A stretch of 61,679 nucleotides of DNA, counting the filler. It is 5 parts of 5 records of this genome, joined end to end, with 100 filler letters (N's around TTAATTAATTAA, not from the genome) between each part and the next. Parts side by side here need not be neighbours in the genome. Positions count along the whole stretch, not along the records: positions 17,281 to 38,739 come from SRR31156797_5229; 4 more parts are not named here. The stretch is one strand, 5' to 3'. The position numbers were made by a program, and so were the translations under genes. Below are positions 19,106 to 30,555 of this stretch, piece by piece; positions within the stretch are counted from its first letter, which is position 1; each line of letters opens with the position of its first letter. The notes under the pieces are model-generated. The model was not told the origin of the DNA. It saw only the letters and a list, made by a program, of their open reading frames with translations, and did no database searches.

Positions 19106-20671
19106 ATGGCAGAAAAGAGAAATTATTCAAGTAAAAAAGCTTCTCCCAATATGGATTTAGAAGTTGGTAAAATGCCCCCTCAGGCTTTGGAACTGGAGGA
19201 AGCTGTATTAGGTGCATTAATGCTTGAAAAAGATGCTTTTACTGCTATTGGGGAAATTCTAAAACCAGAATGTTTTTACAAAGACACGCATAAAAAAATC
19301 TATTCTGCCATTCAAAATCTGAATTCCAAAGATTTGCCGGTGGATATGCTTACGGTTACACAAGAGCTTAAAGAAATGGGTTCTCTAGAAGAAGTTGGAG
19401 GAGCATTTTTTATTACTCAGTTAACAGGACGAGTGGCTTCTGCTGCTCACATAGAATACCATGCCCGAATTATTTGGCAAAAATATTTACAAAGGGAAGT
19501 CATTCGAATAAGTTCTGAAATTCAGACAAAAGCCTATGATGAATCTATTGATGTCGATGATTTATTAGATGAATCCGAAAGTTCGTTCTTTAAATTAAGT
19601 CAGGGTAACATGAAGAAAGGGGTGACTCAAATTAACCCAGTTATTGATGAAGCCATTGAAATGATTAAAGTGGCTTCTCAACGATCAGATGGTTTGAGTG
19701 GTGTTCCTTCGGGATTTCATGAATTAGACAAAATCACCTCAGGATGGCAACGTACAGATATGATTGTAATTGCAGCCCGTCCTGCGATGGGAAAAACGGC
19801 CTTTGTACTTTCCATGGCTCGAAACATGGCTTTACAATTTAGACAAGGTGTAGCTGTTTTCTCTCTGGAGATGGCCAACGTTCAACTTGTTAATCGTTTA
19901 ATTGTATCGGAAACAGAGCTTCCTGCCGAAAAAATTAAAAAAGGTAATTTGGCCAGTTATGAGTGGGAACAATTAGACCATAAAATACAAAACCTAATTG
20001 ATGCCCCAATTTATGTAGATGATACAGCAGGTTTGTCTGTTTTTGAGTTGCGTGCAAAATGTAGAAAGCTTAAAAAAGAACACGATATTCAAATTGTAAT
20101 CATCGATTACCTTCAGCTAATGAATGCTAATGGTATGAACCCAGGTTCGCGTCAGGAAGAGGTTAGTATGATATCTCGAAATTTGAAGGGCTTAGCGAAG
20201 GAACTAAATATTCCGATCATTGCGCTTTCGCAGCTTAACCGTGGTGTAGAAGGACGTGCCGGAGCAGAAGGAAAACGCCCTCAGCTATCTGACCTTAGGG
20301 AGTCCGGTGCAATTGAGCAGGATGCCGATATGGTATGTTTTATTCACAGACCTGAATATTATAAAATTACCGAAGACGAACAAGGGAACTCATTAATTGG
20401 AATGGGTGAAATCATCATCGCCAAACACCGTAATGGTGCCACAGGAGATGTACGACTGCGATTTAGAGGTGAATTGGCTCGATTCGAGAACCCGGAAACC
20501 GGAGTATTTGGTAGCGATTTGGGAATGGATGCAGGAGGAGCTTCTGTCACCTATGGTTCGAAAATGAATGAACCAAGTTCAAATGAAAGTTTTGAGCAAC
20601 AACCTCAGGGCAATGACTTTGGATTACCAGATTTTCCAGAATCTCCTCATGATAAGGACATGCCTTTTTAA
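19106..20671 (+). CDS. dnaB: Replicative DNA helicase
   Basis: AARPAMGKT, FSLEM, IIDYLQLM, ALSQLNR, SDLRESGAIEQDAD, KHRNG; no intein. Upstream TAAATTTG at 19069-19076. Confidence 0.98.
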   Translation: MAEKRNYSSKKASPNMDLEVGKMPPQALELEEAVLGALMLEKDAFTAIGEILKPECFYKDTHKKIYSAIQNLNSKDLPVDMLTVTQELKEMGSLEEVGGAFFITQLTGRVASAAHIEYHARIIWQKYLQREVIRISSEIQTKAYDESIDVDDLLDESESSFFKLSQGNMKKGVTQINPVIDEAIEMIKVASQRSDGLSGVPSGFHELDKITSGWQRTDMIVIAARPAMGKTAFVLSMARNMALQFRQGVAVFSLEMANVQLVNRLIVSETELPAEKIKKGNLASYEWEQLDHKIQNLIDAPIYVDDTAGLSVFELRAKCRKLKKEHDIQIVIIDYLQLMNANGMNPGSRQEEVSMISRNLKGLAKELNIPIIALSQLNRGVEGRAGAEGKRPQLSDLRESGAIEQDADMVCFIHRPEYYKITEDEQGNSLIGMGEIIIAKHRNGATGDVRLRFRGELARFENPETGVFGSDLGMDAGGASVTYGSKMNEPSSNESFEQQPQGNDFGLPDFPESPHDKDMPF

Positions 20672-20691
20672 AAGGTAATAAACCAAACCTA

Positions 20692-21342
20692 TTATTTCAC
20701 TACTCCTTTTAACATGGGAACAAATGCAAAATAACCAAATTCTTCCTGGCTAAAATCTGTCTCAGACTCCCGGGTAATTCGTGTCATCACCTGCGTATTA
20801 TCTCCCCCAACGGGAATTACCATTCTACCCCCGATGGCTAGTTGAGTCAATAAATCTTCCGGAATTTTTGGAGCTCCAGCTGTTACTATTATACTATCAA
20901 ATGGAGCAAATTGAGGAAGTCCCTGATAACCATCGCCTAAATAAAAACCCATTTTATAACCCATGCGACGCAAAAGCTTAGAGCTTTTTAAATACAATTC
21001 TCTTTGACGCTCTATGGAAAATACTTTAGCTCCAAGTTCACACAACACCGCGGCCTGGTATCCAGAACCAGTACCTACCTCGAGAACCTTATGCCCAGGT
21101 TTTATCTCCAATAGCTGAGATTGAAATGCCACCGTATAGGGCTGACTAATCGTTTGTCCTGCTCCAATTGGAAATGCTTTATCCTGATAAGCAAACTGTA
21201 TAAAAGTACTTTCAAAAAACAAATGTCTAGGCACATTTGCTATCGCAGTCAACACTGCTTCATCTTTAATTCCCTTCCGGACAATTTCATCAACTAAGCG
21301 ATTTCTTAATCCTTTATGTCTAAATGTATCTTCCATACGCAA
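20692..21342 (-). CDS. pcm: Protein-L-isoaspartate O-methyltransferase
   Basis: VPRHLF, GQTISQPY, VLEVGTGSGYQ, APFDSIIVTAG, FVPM. Confidence 0.96.
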   Translation of the reverse strand: MRMEDTFRHKGLRNRLVDEIVRKGIKDEAVLTAIANVPRHLFFESTFIQFAYQDKAFPIGAGQTISQPYTVAFQSQLLEIKPGHKVLEVGTGSGYQAAVLCELGAKVFSIERQRELYLKSSKLLRRMGYKMGFYLGDGYQGLPQFAPFDSIIVTAGAPKIPEDLLTQLAIGGRMVIPVGGDNTQVMTRITRESETDFSQEEFGYFAFVPMLKGVVK

Positions 21343-21421
21343 TAATCGCAGTCAAAAATAAAGTTTCTCTAAAATTTTAATACAATTTTACCTATAAAAA
21401 ATACCACTGTCTATAATTTAT

Positions 21422-22915
21422 ATGCACATTTCACGTTATATTAGCACATCGAAGCAATCATATATGGTGTGGGATTTAAGAACAGCTACATTTAAGAGAA
21501 TCAGTAATAAAAGGATAGCCTTTACGCACCTAATATTTGATGTATTGGCATTAGTTATTTGCCATTGGCTATTTATGAAAAAATACCAATTACCGTATCA
21601 CAGATTTTTTAATCAAGAAACATTCTCGAAAACGCATATTCCGAATTTGTACATTGCTGTAATAGTACTGATTTTATTCTGGATTTTTGCCTTTTATATA
21701 TCAGGACACTACAGTAATACAGGAAGAAAGTCTGGCCTTCAGGTTCTAGGGCCAACTTTGGCTACAAGTTTTATTATATCAACCCTTTTATTTTTAATCA
21801 TCAGCAGCAATGTTCCTTCCGACCTAAACATCAACCTCTTAGAGCTATTTATCAGATACTTCGTACTTATCTTTGTTTGCATATTTTACTTTAGAATGAT
21901 GCTTATTCACCGACTACAATTTCTTATAAAAAAAGGAAAACGTGAATACAAAAAACTACTTGTTGGTAACAATGATCATATAAAAGGTATTCTTGAGAAG
22001 TTTGGTAATGATAAAAAAGCTATTAAAAATAACTTTATTGGTTATTTAAGTGATAACCATGGAAACACTTACGATTTAAGCGAATTTATCCCTTGTCTCG
22101 GTACAATTGAAGATATTGGTCCGGCTATAAAAAAAGGAGATGCTGATGAAGCGATAATATGCTTACCTCATGTAAAACATAGTAAACTTAACTATATCAT
22201 TAGCAATTTAAGACATAAAAACATTTTAATACGATTATTTGTGGAGAACGATTTTCTTATTGATGGAGCAATTAAACACCAAAGCCTGGAAAGTTTCCCT
22301 TACCTAACCATTGGCACATATATAGTACCTGTTTGGCAACAGCTTTTTAAACGTACCTTTGATATATGTGCTGCAGTTGCAGGATTGATATTCAGCATAC
22401 CTATAATAATACCTGCAGCTCTTTTTATTAAATACGGATCAAAAGGACCAATCATTTATAAACAAGAAAGAATTGGAAAGAACAAAAGACCCTTTTACAT
22501 TTATAAATTCAGAACAATGTACGCTGATTCTGAGAAAGATGGACCTGCACTTTCCTCCTCCAATGATGAAAGAATAACACCAACAGGAAGGTTTATGCGA
22601 AAATGGCGATTAGATGAAATTCCTCAGTTTGTAAATATTCTTCTTGGAGACATGTCACTCGTTGGTCCAAGACCTGAAAGACAACATTTTATCAATCAAA
22701 TATTACCTAAGGCACCTCATTATGCTCATGTTTTTTCGATACGTCCAGGTATCACTTCCTGGGGAATGGTAAAATATGGCTATGCAGAGAACATTGATCA
22801 AATGATAGAAAGACTTCAGTATGATCTACAATATCTTGAAAACAGAACGCTGGTAATTGATTTTAAAATCTTATTATATACAATTAAAACATTATTTTCG
22901 GGTGAAGGAAAATAA
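21422..22915 (+). CDS. Polyprenyl glycosylphosphotransferase (bacterial sugar transferase, WcaJ-like)
   Basis: N-terminal TM helices; KRTFD, KFRTM, RLDEIPQ, GDMSLVGPRPE, PGIT. Exact start uncertain. Confidence 0.9.
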   Translation: MHISRYISTSKQSYMVWDLRTATFKRISNKRIAFTHLIFDVLALVICHWLFMKKYQLPYHRFFNQETFSKTHIPNLYIAVIVLILFWIFAFYISGHYSNTGRKSGLQVLGPTLATSFIISTLLFLIISSNVPSDLNINLLELFIRYFVLIFVCIFYFRMMLIHRLQFLIKKGKREYKKLLVGNNDHIKGILEKFGNDKKAIKNNFIGYLSDNHGNTYDLSEFIPCLGTIEDIGPAIKKGDADEAIICLPHVKHSKLNYIISNLRHKNILIRLFVENDFLIDGAIKHQSLESFPYLTIGTYIVPVWQQLFKRTFDICAAVAGLIFSIPIIIPAALFIKYGSKGPIIYKQERIGKNKRPFYIYKFRTMYADSEKDGPALSSSNDERITPTGRFMRKWRLDEIPQFVNILLGDMSLVGPRPERQHFINQILPKAPHYAHVFSIRPGITSWGMVKYGYAENIDQMIERLQYDLQYLENRTLVIDFKILLYTIKTLFSGEGK

Positions 22916-22967
22916 TCCCAAAGTCAATTGAAATCGGGATTATTTGTTATTCATTTAGTATTTTATT

Positions 22968-25760
22968 CTACCGTTTAATAAACTTAAATACTCTCTGCAC
23001 ATTGTTTTCTCCTTTCAAAACCAGAAAGTAAACACCCGGTGACAGATGCTCTATCTGAATTGATGAAGAATAAGAAGTCTCCCGGGTAGTTGAAATAACT
23101 TCTCCTGTTACACCCATCAAATAAAAACCCACAAAAGGTTTATCATCGGTTTGTATAAAGAGCTCAGATATTGCCGGATTAGGCGAAATAGAAGCATCTT
23201 TAAAATACAATGGATCTCCTAATCCCGTATGAGGCATAAAATCTTTTAACTTTCTTTGAGTAAGCAAGGCAAACTCTCCTGCTTCAAGAGAATACTGCAT
23301 ATTCAAATCCGTTACATTAACACTATCCCCTTTAAAATGATTATACCAATAGCCGGTTGAACTAAATCCCGGAACTACAGATTGAGAAGTCAGGTTAAAA
23401 TTACCAACTAAGCGAACATCTGATCCCTCATAATTTAAGCTTATATTTTTAACGCCAGACCAAACATTCATATCAAAATCTTCCGTTGAAAATACTGGTT
23501 CCTCTTTTTTAAGATCAATAATAGTTTTGTACGTATCAAATAACGATAATCGATTTACTTCTTCCTGATATTCCCATACAATAGGTTTTCTCCCTGTTCG
23601 ACAAGCATCATCAATGGTCCCATCAGTACAGGTATTAATACTATAATCATATCCTAACTCGCCAAATTGCCAGACCATTTTAGGCCCCGGTATAGACATT
23701 AAAAATACGGCAGCCGCTTCTGTCCTTTTTAAAGCTGTTTTTAATTTAGTTACATCATAAGCTGTTGTAGATGCTCCATAAGTCAGATTCTTAAACATGA
23801 TTCGTTCTTCATCATGACTCTCCATATAATTAATAATATGTGGATTGTTCCACTCTCTATTTTTATATGATGCCCATGAAAAATCAGATTTACCACTTTC
23901 ATTATATCCCATAGTTGCTTCATTAAAATTATGATTGTGATTTCCCCAAAGCAAAATACCGTAATTGGCTAATTCTTTTTCCTCAACGTTATCTGCCAAA
24001 TGTTCGAAGGCTAAAATGGCATCCTGTTTTCTATTCCATATTTCATCGGCCATTCTTTTTAATATAGCAACACGAGCAGGATCTGGACCATTTGCCCACT
24101 CATCAGAAGCTACTGTAAAAGGGGTATTCGAAAATCCTTTTGTAAAATCAAACCGGTAACCATCTACTTTAAACTCATTGATCCAAAAAGAACAAATACT
24201 ATCCACGAGCTCCTTTGTATGTTCACTTTCATGGTTAAAATCATACCCCCAACTTAAACCACTATTTTCAATATTAGAATCTCGATTATACCACGGATTA
24301 TTCTCTGCAGGCTTTCCTCCATCTAAATACATTCTGGCAAAAGGAGATTGACCGAAAGAATGATTGAGAACCATATCCATGATTACAGCTATTCCATTTT
24401 GATGACAAACATCGATAAACTCCTTATAATCATTTTCAGTTCCATAAGCTTTATCTGGTGCGAAATAAAAAGAAGGATTATAACCCCAACTATCGTTTCC
24501 TTCAAACTCATTAAAAGGCATTAACTCAATAGCAGTTACTCCCAACCTCTTTAAATAAGCTATAGAATCTTTTACTGTTTTAATATCACCATTTGCAGTA
24601 AAATCTCTGATATGTAACTCATAAATAATGAGTTTATTCTCTTCCGGATTCGAAAATTCGGTTACATTCCAATTATATGTTTCTTTGTTAATTTTAAAAA
24701 GTGAAGCCACATGTTCTGTTAAGCCAGTAGGATAATCTTTTAGACCTGAATATACATTATTTGAGATATATTGATCATCCGGATCTAAGGTTTTGTTTGT
24801 ATATGGATCTGCAATTCTTATTTCTCCATCAATGAAAAACTGAAATGCATATTCTGTATCTTTATCCAAGCCATCAATGGTTAACCAAAAATAATCTCCA
24901 TCTTTTTTCATTAAATAATTGTCATCAGGAAGCCAATTATTAAACTCTCCAATAATGTGAACAAATTCTTTATATGGAGCAAACAGAACCATAGTAACAC
25001 TTTGGTCATCTCTAATATTAACACCTCTTTTTAATCCAGTCGGCATCATTTCTTCAACAACCTCACTTCTTACATAAAAATCAATGGATTGCTCAACAGA
25101 ATTACTTCCATCTGAAGCAATCGCTTTTAAAGTATATTTACCTACATTGCCTGCAAGAAAAGAAGCTTGCAAAGAATTGCCTGAACCCGTTGCAACCTCT
25201 GCTTCATCCAAATAAACACTAATTTCAGAAGCATTTGTAGCAATAATAGATACTTCCACTTCTGATCCGGTTTGATATACAGCCAGTTCTTTTGGTAAAT
25301 TAAAAGTAACTGTTAAATCTGCTGTAGTTATTGTTTGAAATATATCACCTCCTGATGAAGTTTTACCTGTCTGACTTCCATCTGCACTTCTAAATACAAA
25401 TGCCAGCTGTTCTATTTTTTCTCCATCTGGTACTCCGTAAAATTCTCTTATGGAAGGGTGAATATCCAGCGTATACATATCATTTCCAATTGATGTCAAC
25501 TTACATGCTGTAATATTCTCGCCCCATTCTGCTTTCACATATCTCCAGTCTGATGAGCTTGTACTTTCTGAAGTAATAACACCTGTATGTGCATATACAT
25601 CTCCTGAGTATCCAACCAATCCGGCACTTCCTTCTGCTGCATTAAATGTTATAGTTACAGGCTGATCGTCCACAGGCATAACAGGATCAGCACTGATGAC
25701 CTGCGCTTCCAGTAAGAAGCTTATTTTTAATATCATTAATATGAATAAAGTCCTCTTCAT
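22968..25760 (-). CDS. GH13 alpha-amylase/debranching-type enzyme with CBM48-like domain and T9SS CTD
   Basis: IYELHIRDF, WGYNP, DMVLNH, DGYRFDFTKG, ESHDEER; signal peptide; C-terminal PNP...GVYFL. Confidence 0.9.
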   Translation of the reverse strand: MKRTLFILMILKISFLLEAQVISADPVMPVDDQPVTITFNAAEGSAGLVGYSGDVYAHTGVITSESTSSSDWRYVKAEWGENITACKLTSIGNDMYTLDIHPSIREFYGVPDGEKIEQLAFVFRSADGSQTGKTSSGGDIFQTITTADLTVTFNLPKELAVYQTGSEVEVSIIATNASEISVYLDEAEVATGSGNSLQASFLAGNVGKYTLKAIASDGSNSVEQSIDFYVRSEVVEEMMPTGLKRGVNIRDDQSVTMVLFAPYKEFVHIIGEFNNWLPDDNYLMKKDGDYFWLTIDGLDKDTEYAFQFFIDGEIRIADPYTNKTLDPDDQYISNNVYSGLKDYPTGLTEHVASLFKINKETYNWNVTEFSNPEENKLIIYELHIRDFTANGDIKTVKDSIAYLKRLGVTAIELMPFNEFEGNDSWGYNPSFYFAPDKAYGTENDYKEFIDVCHQNGIAVIMDMVLNHSFGQSPFARMYLDGGKPAENNPWYNRDSNIENSGLSWGYDFNHESEHTKELVDSICSFWINEFKVDGYRFDFTKGFSNTPFTVASDEWANGPDPARVAILKRMADEIWNRKQDAILAFEHLADNVEEKELANYGILLWGNHNHNFNEATMGYNESGKSDFSWASYKNREWNNPHIINYMESHDEERIMFKNLTYGASTTAYDVTKLKTALKRTEAAAVFLMSIPGPKMVWQFGELGYDYSINTCTDGTIDDACRTGRKPIVWEYQEEVNRLSLFDTYKTIIDLKKEEPVFSTEDFDMNVWSGVKNISLNYEGSDVRLVGNFNLTSQSVVPGFSSTGYWYNHFKGDSVNVTDLNMQYSLEAGEFALLTQRKLKDFMPHTGLGDPLYFKDASISPNPAISELFIQTDDKPFVGFYLMGVTGEVISTTRETSYSSSIQIEHLSPGVYFLVLKGENNVQRVFKFIKR

Positions 25761-25813
25761 TTTATTTTTAATTAAAATAGGTATGATGAAATTAAGTGTG
25801 TTAACTGGTTAAT

Positions 25814-27679
25814 TTATTTGGCAGAAAATACAAGTCCAGTTAATGGAGGAATAGTTATACCACCGCCCTTAAATTCAGCATCAGTCAACAAATTTGCAAA
25901 CCTCATTTTGCTTGTAAACTCATAATCTGCCTCTTTATCACCTACATTTAACAACACCCATATTTCATTTGAATCATTCACTCTTTTATACACCAACAAT
26001 TTCTCTTTGGCTTCAACAAACACTATTTCTCCATCAACCAAAACAGAATTATTATTTCTAAGTTTAATCAGCTTTTTATAGAAATTATATAATTCTTTAT
26101 CAAACCCAACAGAATCATAGACCGGTTCTTGTTGCTGAATATTATTTCTATTCTCAGGTTCAAATGAATATTCTGGCCACCATAAAGGTTTTCTGCAATC
26201 CGGATCGTCTGCACCCCACATTCCCATTTCATCTCCATTCCAAATGTGAGGAGCGCCAATTGATGTAAACTGATGAATCAGATACAATTTTAGTCGTTGA
26301 TAGGTCTCTTTTCCCGGTTTCCCAGTAATGTATGTAGTATTATCATTGGGTTTTGCTCTGAATTTATATTTACCTGAATTGGCAAATGAAGTTAACAACC
26401 TTGGAGAATCATGTGTTGCCGCAACATTCATCATGGCTTTTGCTGTTTTATCACTTAATCTCGACCATTGATACTTTAAGCTATCTACAAACTGGCTGGC
26501 ATCAATTTCAAAATCTGTTTTAGCAAAAAAGTAACGGGCAGGACGATAAACCTGATAATGCATAACAGCATCGAAAACATCTCCATTTACATAAGGTATC
26601 GGATTCATTAATTTGTCCGGCCATTCTTCCCACCATATTTCTCCAACCAAATAAGCTTCCGGATTGATGGATTTGACAAAATCATGGTAATCACGCCAAA
26701 ATCCCATTGGAATATGATCAGCCACATCTAAACGATAACCGTCAATTCCTTTACTCACATTTCCATCCGGTGCCAACCACCTTTTTGTAACAGCAAATAT
26801 GTGCTTTTTTACTTCTGGATGTAAATTGCCCTCGTAAGGATGACCTGGTTTGTGATCGGCCGGAGCATTTACTTTTTTAAGGGCTGGCAAACTCGAAATA
26901 TTCAACCAACCTTCATATTCAAATTCATTTTCAGCGGTTTTGGGATCATCAAACGATTTAATAATATACCAATCTTTGTATTTAGATTTTTCCTGATGCT
27001 TAACAATATCCTTCCATGCCCAAAATTCGACTCCGGTATGATTCCAGGAATAATCCAATACCACGCGAATATTTCTTTTATGTGCTTCTTCTACAACCTT
27101 TAGAAACAACTTATCTGCAGAGGTCCATTTCCACGTAGATGGATCAACCGGATTTTCACTTTTTATTACCTCAATATCCCCATAAGGATCAGGACCAAAA
27201 TTTATATCAATATGCCTGTAATTCCGCACATCGTACTTATGTAATGAAGGAGCATCATTTAATGGATTAAAATAAATAGCTGTAATTCCTAAATCCTGAA
27301 GATAGTTCAGCTTATTTAAAACACCTTGCAAGTCACCTCCATATCTGCGCATTTGAAGATTTCCATAAAAATCTAGTCCTGTTTCTTTAGTCCAATTATC
27401 TTCTGCATACCAATCGCTTGTCCAAGATGTTATTTCCCAATCATTAGGAGTTTCTCTAAAATTAGATGCTGCAAACATCGTTTCCGGAGTTGGGTCGTTA
27501 AGCGTATCTCCATTATAAAATCGCTCCACAAAAATTTGATACCATATTACATCTTTAGCCCAAGTGGGAGGTTCTGAGATATCCTTCTTTTCTATAGTAT
27601 TATTACACCGAATAAATAAGGTGACAATTATTAATGCGAACAAAGAAAGAATTACGAATCTAGTATTCATAACTAACAA
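25814..27679 (-). CDS. GH13 neopullulanase/cyclomaltodextrinase-like lipoprotein
   Basis: WYQIFVERF.NGD, GGDLQG, DYSWNH, IDGYRLDVA, VGEIW, THDSPR, DDPDCRK. Confidence 0.9.
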   Translation of the reverse strand: MLVMNTRFVILSLFALIIVTLFIRCNNTIEKKDISEPPTWAKDVIWYQIFVERFYNGDTLNDPTPETMFAASNFRETPNDWEITSWTSDWYAEDNWTKETGLDFYGNLQMRRYGGDLQGVLNKLNYLQDLGITAIYFNPLNDAPSLHKYDVRNYRHIDINFGPDPYGDIEVIKSENPVDPSTWKWTSADKLFLKVVEEAHKRNIRVVLDYSWNHTGVEFWAWKDIVKHQEKSKYKDWYIIKSFDDPKTAENEFEYEGWLNISSLPALKKVNAPADHKPGHPYEGNLHPEVKKHIFAVTKRWLAPDGNVSKGIDGYRLDVADHIPMGFWRDYHDFVKSINPEAYLVGEIWWEEWPDKLMNPIPYVNGDVFDAVMHYQVYRPARYFFAKTDFEIDASQFVDSLKYQWSRLSDKTAKAMMNVAATHDSPRLLTSFANSGKYKFRAKPNDNTTYITGKPGKETYQRLKLYLIHQFTSIGAPHIWNGDEMGMWGADDPDCRKPLWWPEYSFEPENRNNIQQQEPVYDSVGFDKELYNFYKKLIKLRNNNSVLVDGEIVFVEAKEKLLVYKRVNDSNEIWVLLNVGDKEADYEFTSKMRFANLLTDAEFKGGGITIPPLTGLVFSAK

Positions 27680-27695
27680 GTTTCAATTACTAATT

Positions 27696-27732
27696 AAAAA
27701 AGGCCACTAGTTTACATAGTGGCCTTTTATTT
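27696..27732 (-). terminator. Intrinsic terminator after the susE-like gene
   Basis: AAAAGGCCACTA-gtttaca-TAGTGGCCTTTT with an A-run on the plus strand. Confidence 0.75.
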
Positions 27733-27745
27733 ATATTAAAAATTA

Positions 27746-28858
27746 TTAATTAGCTGTTATAGTAATAGACCCTTCTCTTTTATTTACTAGAACATGGTAA
27801 CTGCCAGATGCAGCTACAAACTGCCAGTTTGGATCTCCGTGTCCTTCTGCAACAATAATAACACTCTGATCGTAATCTGTAAGAATATCATGACCATAAC
27901 CAATTGGCCCCCAATCTGGCTGCTCAAAGCAACGGAAATAATTGTTTTGCGTAAATGTTACATCTCCTTCCCAAGTATAGTGCCCTATCCACGTTAGTTT
28001 AGTTGGATTATCCCAACCCCATCCATGTGTTGCATCTCCTGTCAGATATAAAAATGGTTCGCTTGCCGGACTCATTTCAATTACACCTGTACCTGTGTTT
28101 ACATAAATTTCATACCAACCTGCATCCCCAATAAAATTAAAATTCGGATCTCCATCTGTTGTTGCTGGTTCTAAATACTCAGTAGGATAAGTTGTTAATA
28201 CATCATATCCTCCCATTGATGATCCCCAATCAGGGGCTGTAAAGAATCTAAAGTTAGCACCAGAAGCTGCATCAAAATATGCTTTGGTTTGATATTCGTT
28301 TACATCTCCTGTTGATGCTATCTCAACGGCTAATGACGGATCCCATCCTCCAACAGAGGCTCCTATCATATAAATAGAAGGAAATACTGTAGAGAAAGGG
28401 GTTACTTTAATAGTTAAAACTGAACTCACCTCTTCCTCTATCTGATAATTAACCATAGATACCACTCTTACATCAACTTCTCCTTCTTCCTCAGGAGCAA
28501 GACCTAATCCTAATAAAATTTCATTCAACGCACCATGCGTTAACTCTACATTATTTGAGGTTGTAGTAGTTAAAAGAACAGCATTTGCGAAATCTCCTCC
28601 TTTTAAATCTAATTCAACTTTATACTCTACACTCAAATTAACCCCATAATCAGGCTCAGACCATTGAATTGTTAGAGCAACATCACTCTCTTTATCTTTT
28701 TCAAGTAACACACTATAGTCGGCATCAGGGGATGTAATTCCTGGAGGATTTACATTTTCCAAGTCACCAATCCGGGTCATCTCTAAATCTTCCGAACAAG
28801 ATGAAACCAACACTATCAGTGACACATAAAACAATAATTTATATATGGTATTTTTCAT
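27746..28858 (-). CDS. susE: SusE/SusF-like surface glycan-binding lipoprotein
   Basis: Lipobox SSC; WSEPDYG...Y.VELD N-terminal domain; repeated Y.IG...GW modules; position after susD. Confidence 0.8.
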   Translation of the reverse strand: MKNTIYKLLFYVSLIVLVSSCSEDLEMTRIGDLENVNPPGITSPDADYSVLLEKDKESDVALTIQWSEPDYGVNLSVEYKVELDLKGGDFANAVLLTTTTSNNVELTHGALNEILLGLGLAPEEEGEVDVRVVSMVNYQIEEEVSSVLTIKVTPFSTVFPSIYMIGASVGGWDPSLAVEIASTGDVNEYQTKAYFDAASGANFRFFTAPDWGSSMGGYDVLTTYPTEYLEPATTDGDPNFNFIGDAGWYEIYVNTGTGVIEMSPASEPFLYLTGDATHGWGWDNPTKLTWIGHYTWEGDVTFTQNNYFRCFEQPDWGPIGYGHDILTDYDQSVIIVAEGHGDPNWQFVAASGSYHVLVNKREGSITITAN

Positions 28859-28876
28859 TATTATGCTTTTAAACTA

Positions 28877-30517
28877 TTAATAATTTGGATCATTTTGTTC
28901 TGCATTAGGATTAGAAACTAACTCTGCAGAAGGAATAGGATAAATAACTCTGTGACTGTCCAAAGCTGTTCCTGCCATCACCCCACCTTTCCAGGGCCAC
29001 AAATAAGTTCCTGAAGTAAATTTCCCAAAACGAACTAAATCTTGCCTTCTATAACCTTCATAATAAAATTCACGGGCGCGTTCTTCAAGCAAAAAATCCA
29101 GCGTTAAGCTTCCTGCTGTTATATTATTGGTTGAGTTCCCATAGGCACGCTCAATAATATCATTTACATAACCTAAAGCAGTTGTTACTGATCCATTTCC
29201 ACCTCTTAGTACAGCCTCTGCATACATTAAATAAGAGTCTGCCAATCGAAACATAGGCCAATCAGTATCAACAAAATAAGGATCTGCACCATCAGGTAAA
29301 GTTCCATCACTATTTATATTTCGAAACTTAAATACATTTACTCCTTGGGTATAATCTAATGGGTTATCCATTTCTAATCCTGCATTAATTACTAGCATGG
29401 TGGTATAATCAAGATTATCTCCATTTTCTGCAGATTCCGTTTTACCCCTCATATCGCCAGCTGGTCGCATTTGAAACTTGTCATAAATAGATCTTGTTCC
29501 GTGATTTCCTCCCCATGTACTACCTGGAGCCCCAACAAAGTCACCAAATGCTCCATTTGTACTTGAGGAAATAACATATTGTGTAGCAGAGAAACCTTTA
29601 GTGTTTGAAGGATCTAATGGAATGCCGAAAATTACTCCGGATGCTTCATCATTATCTCTAGAGAATAACTTAAGATAGTTAGGCTCCAAAGTATACGCTG
29701 AGTTCACTAATTCCGTATACTTTATTACCTCATCATAACTATTTTTACCTTGAACCGGATTTTCAACCCCTGAAAAATTGACTGCATTAATGTACATTTT
29801 GGCTAAAACCATATATGCAGTTCCTTTATCCATCCTACCATATTCACGAGCTCCAGCCTCTGGTAAATCCGGAATAACCTCATCTTCTAATTGTGAGACA
29901 ATCCAATTAAACAAAGTTTCTCGATCAACAGGTTTAGGATACTTTTCAGTTGAGTTCTCATCAATGATACTCATGGTACCATATAAATCAATTCCGTGAT
30001 AATAAGCAATTGCTCTGATTAATCTTGCCTCCGCTCGCATTTGTTTAGCTTCACTAATAAAACTTCCGAGACCTCTTGAATTTAGTTCACTTTCAGTTGA
30101 TTGTCTTAAAAATTCATTAGTTAAAGAAATCATGTAATACAAACGATAGAACATACCAGCAACATATTGATTATCTGCAGACCAAACCCCATTTTGCAAA
30201 GGCACTAAACCCCCATCATTCCAGGCATTCATTGCTTCACCAGTAGGTAAGGTCTGAAAATTCCAATAGTTACGTATATAGGAGGACATTCCTCCATCAG
30301 AGATAGTACTTAAATCACTCTCATTATCATCCCCTGTTTGTCCGGCAACATGGTAACCTGCATATATTTTTGCAAGTACCTGTTTATAACCTTCAGCAGT
30401 AGAATACACTTCTGTTCCAAAAGTTAAATTCGGATCAATTGGAGTAATATCCAAATCTTTCTCACAAGAAGTATGTACTGCTGCAATAACTAAAATATAT
30501 AATATTACTTTTTTCAT
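28877..30517 (-). CDS. susD: SusD-family starch-binding lipoprotein
   Basis: Lipobox TSC; AEARLIRA, FRLADSYLMYAEA, LEERAREFYYEGYRRQDLVRFG. Start placed at MKKVIL (30517). Confidence 0.93.
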   Translation of the reverse strand: MKKVILYILVIAAVHTSCEKDLDITPIDPNLTFGTEVYSTAEGYKQVLAKIYAGYHVAGQTGDDNESDLSTISDGGMSSYIRNYWNFQTLPTGEAMNAWNDGGLVPLQNGVWSADNQYVAGMFYRLYYMISLTNEFLRQSTESELNSRGLGSFISEAKQMRAEARLIRAIAYYHGIDLYGTMSIIDENSTEKYPKPVDRETLFNWIVSQLEDEVIPDLPEAGAREYGRMDKGTAYMVLAKMYINAVNFSGVENPVQGKNSYDEVIKYTELVNSAYTLEPNYLKLFSRDNDEASGVIFGIPLDPSNTKGFSATQYVISSSTNGAFGDFVGAPGSTWGGNHGTRSIYDKFQMRPAGDMRGKTESAENGDNLDYTTMLVINAGLEMDNPLDYTQGVNVFKFRNINSDGTLPDGADPYFVDTDWPMFRLADSYLMYAEAVLRGGNGSVTTALGYVNDIIERAYGNSTNNITAGSLTLDFLLEERAREFYYEGYRRQDLVRFGKFTSGTYLWPWKGGVMAGTALDSHRVIYPIPSAELVSNPNAEQNDPNY

Positions 30518-30555
30518 GTGCTTATATTTAATTTTGTTTGTCAACATCATCTTTA

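Noticed and set aside
19106-20671. Possible intein in DnaB
   Set aside because: Length and motifs are continuous; the extra length is an acidic C-terminal tail.
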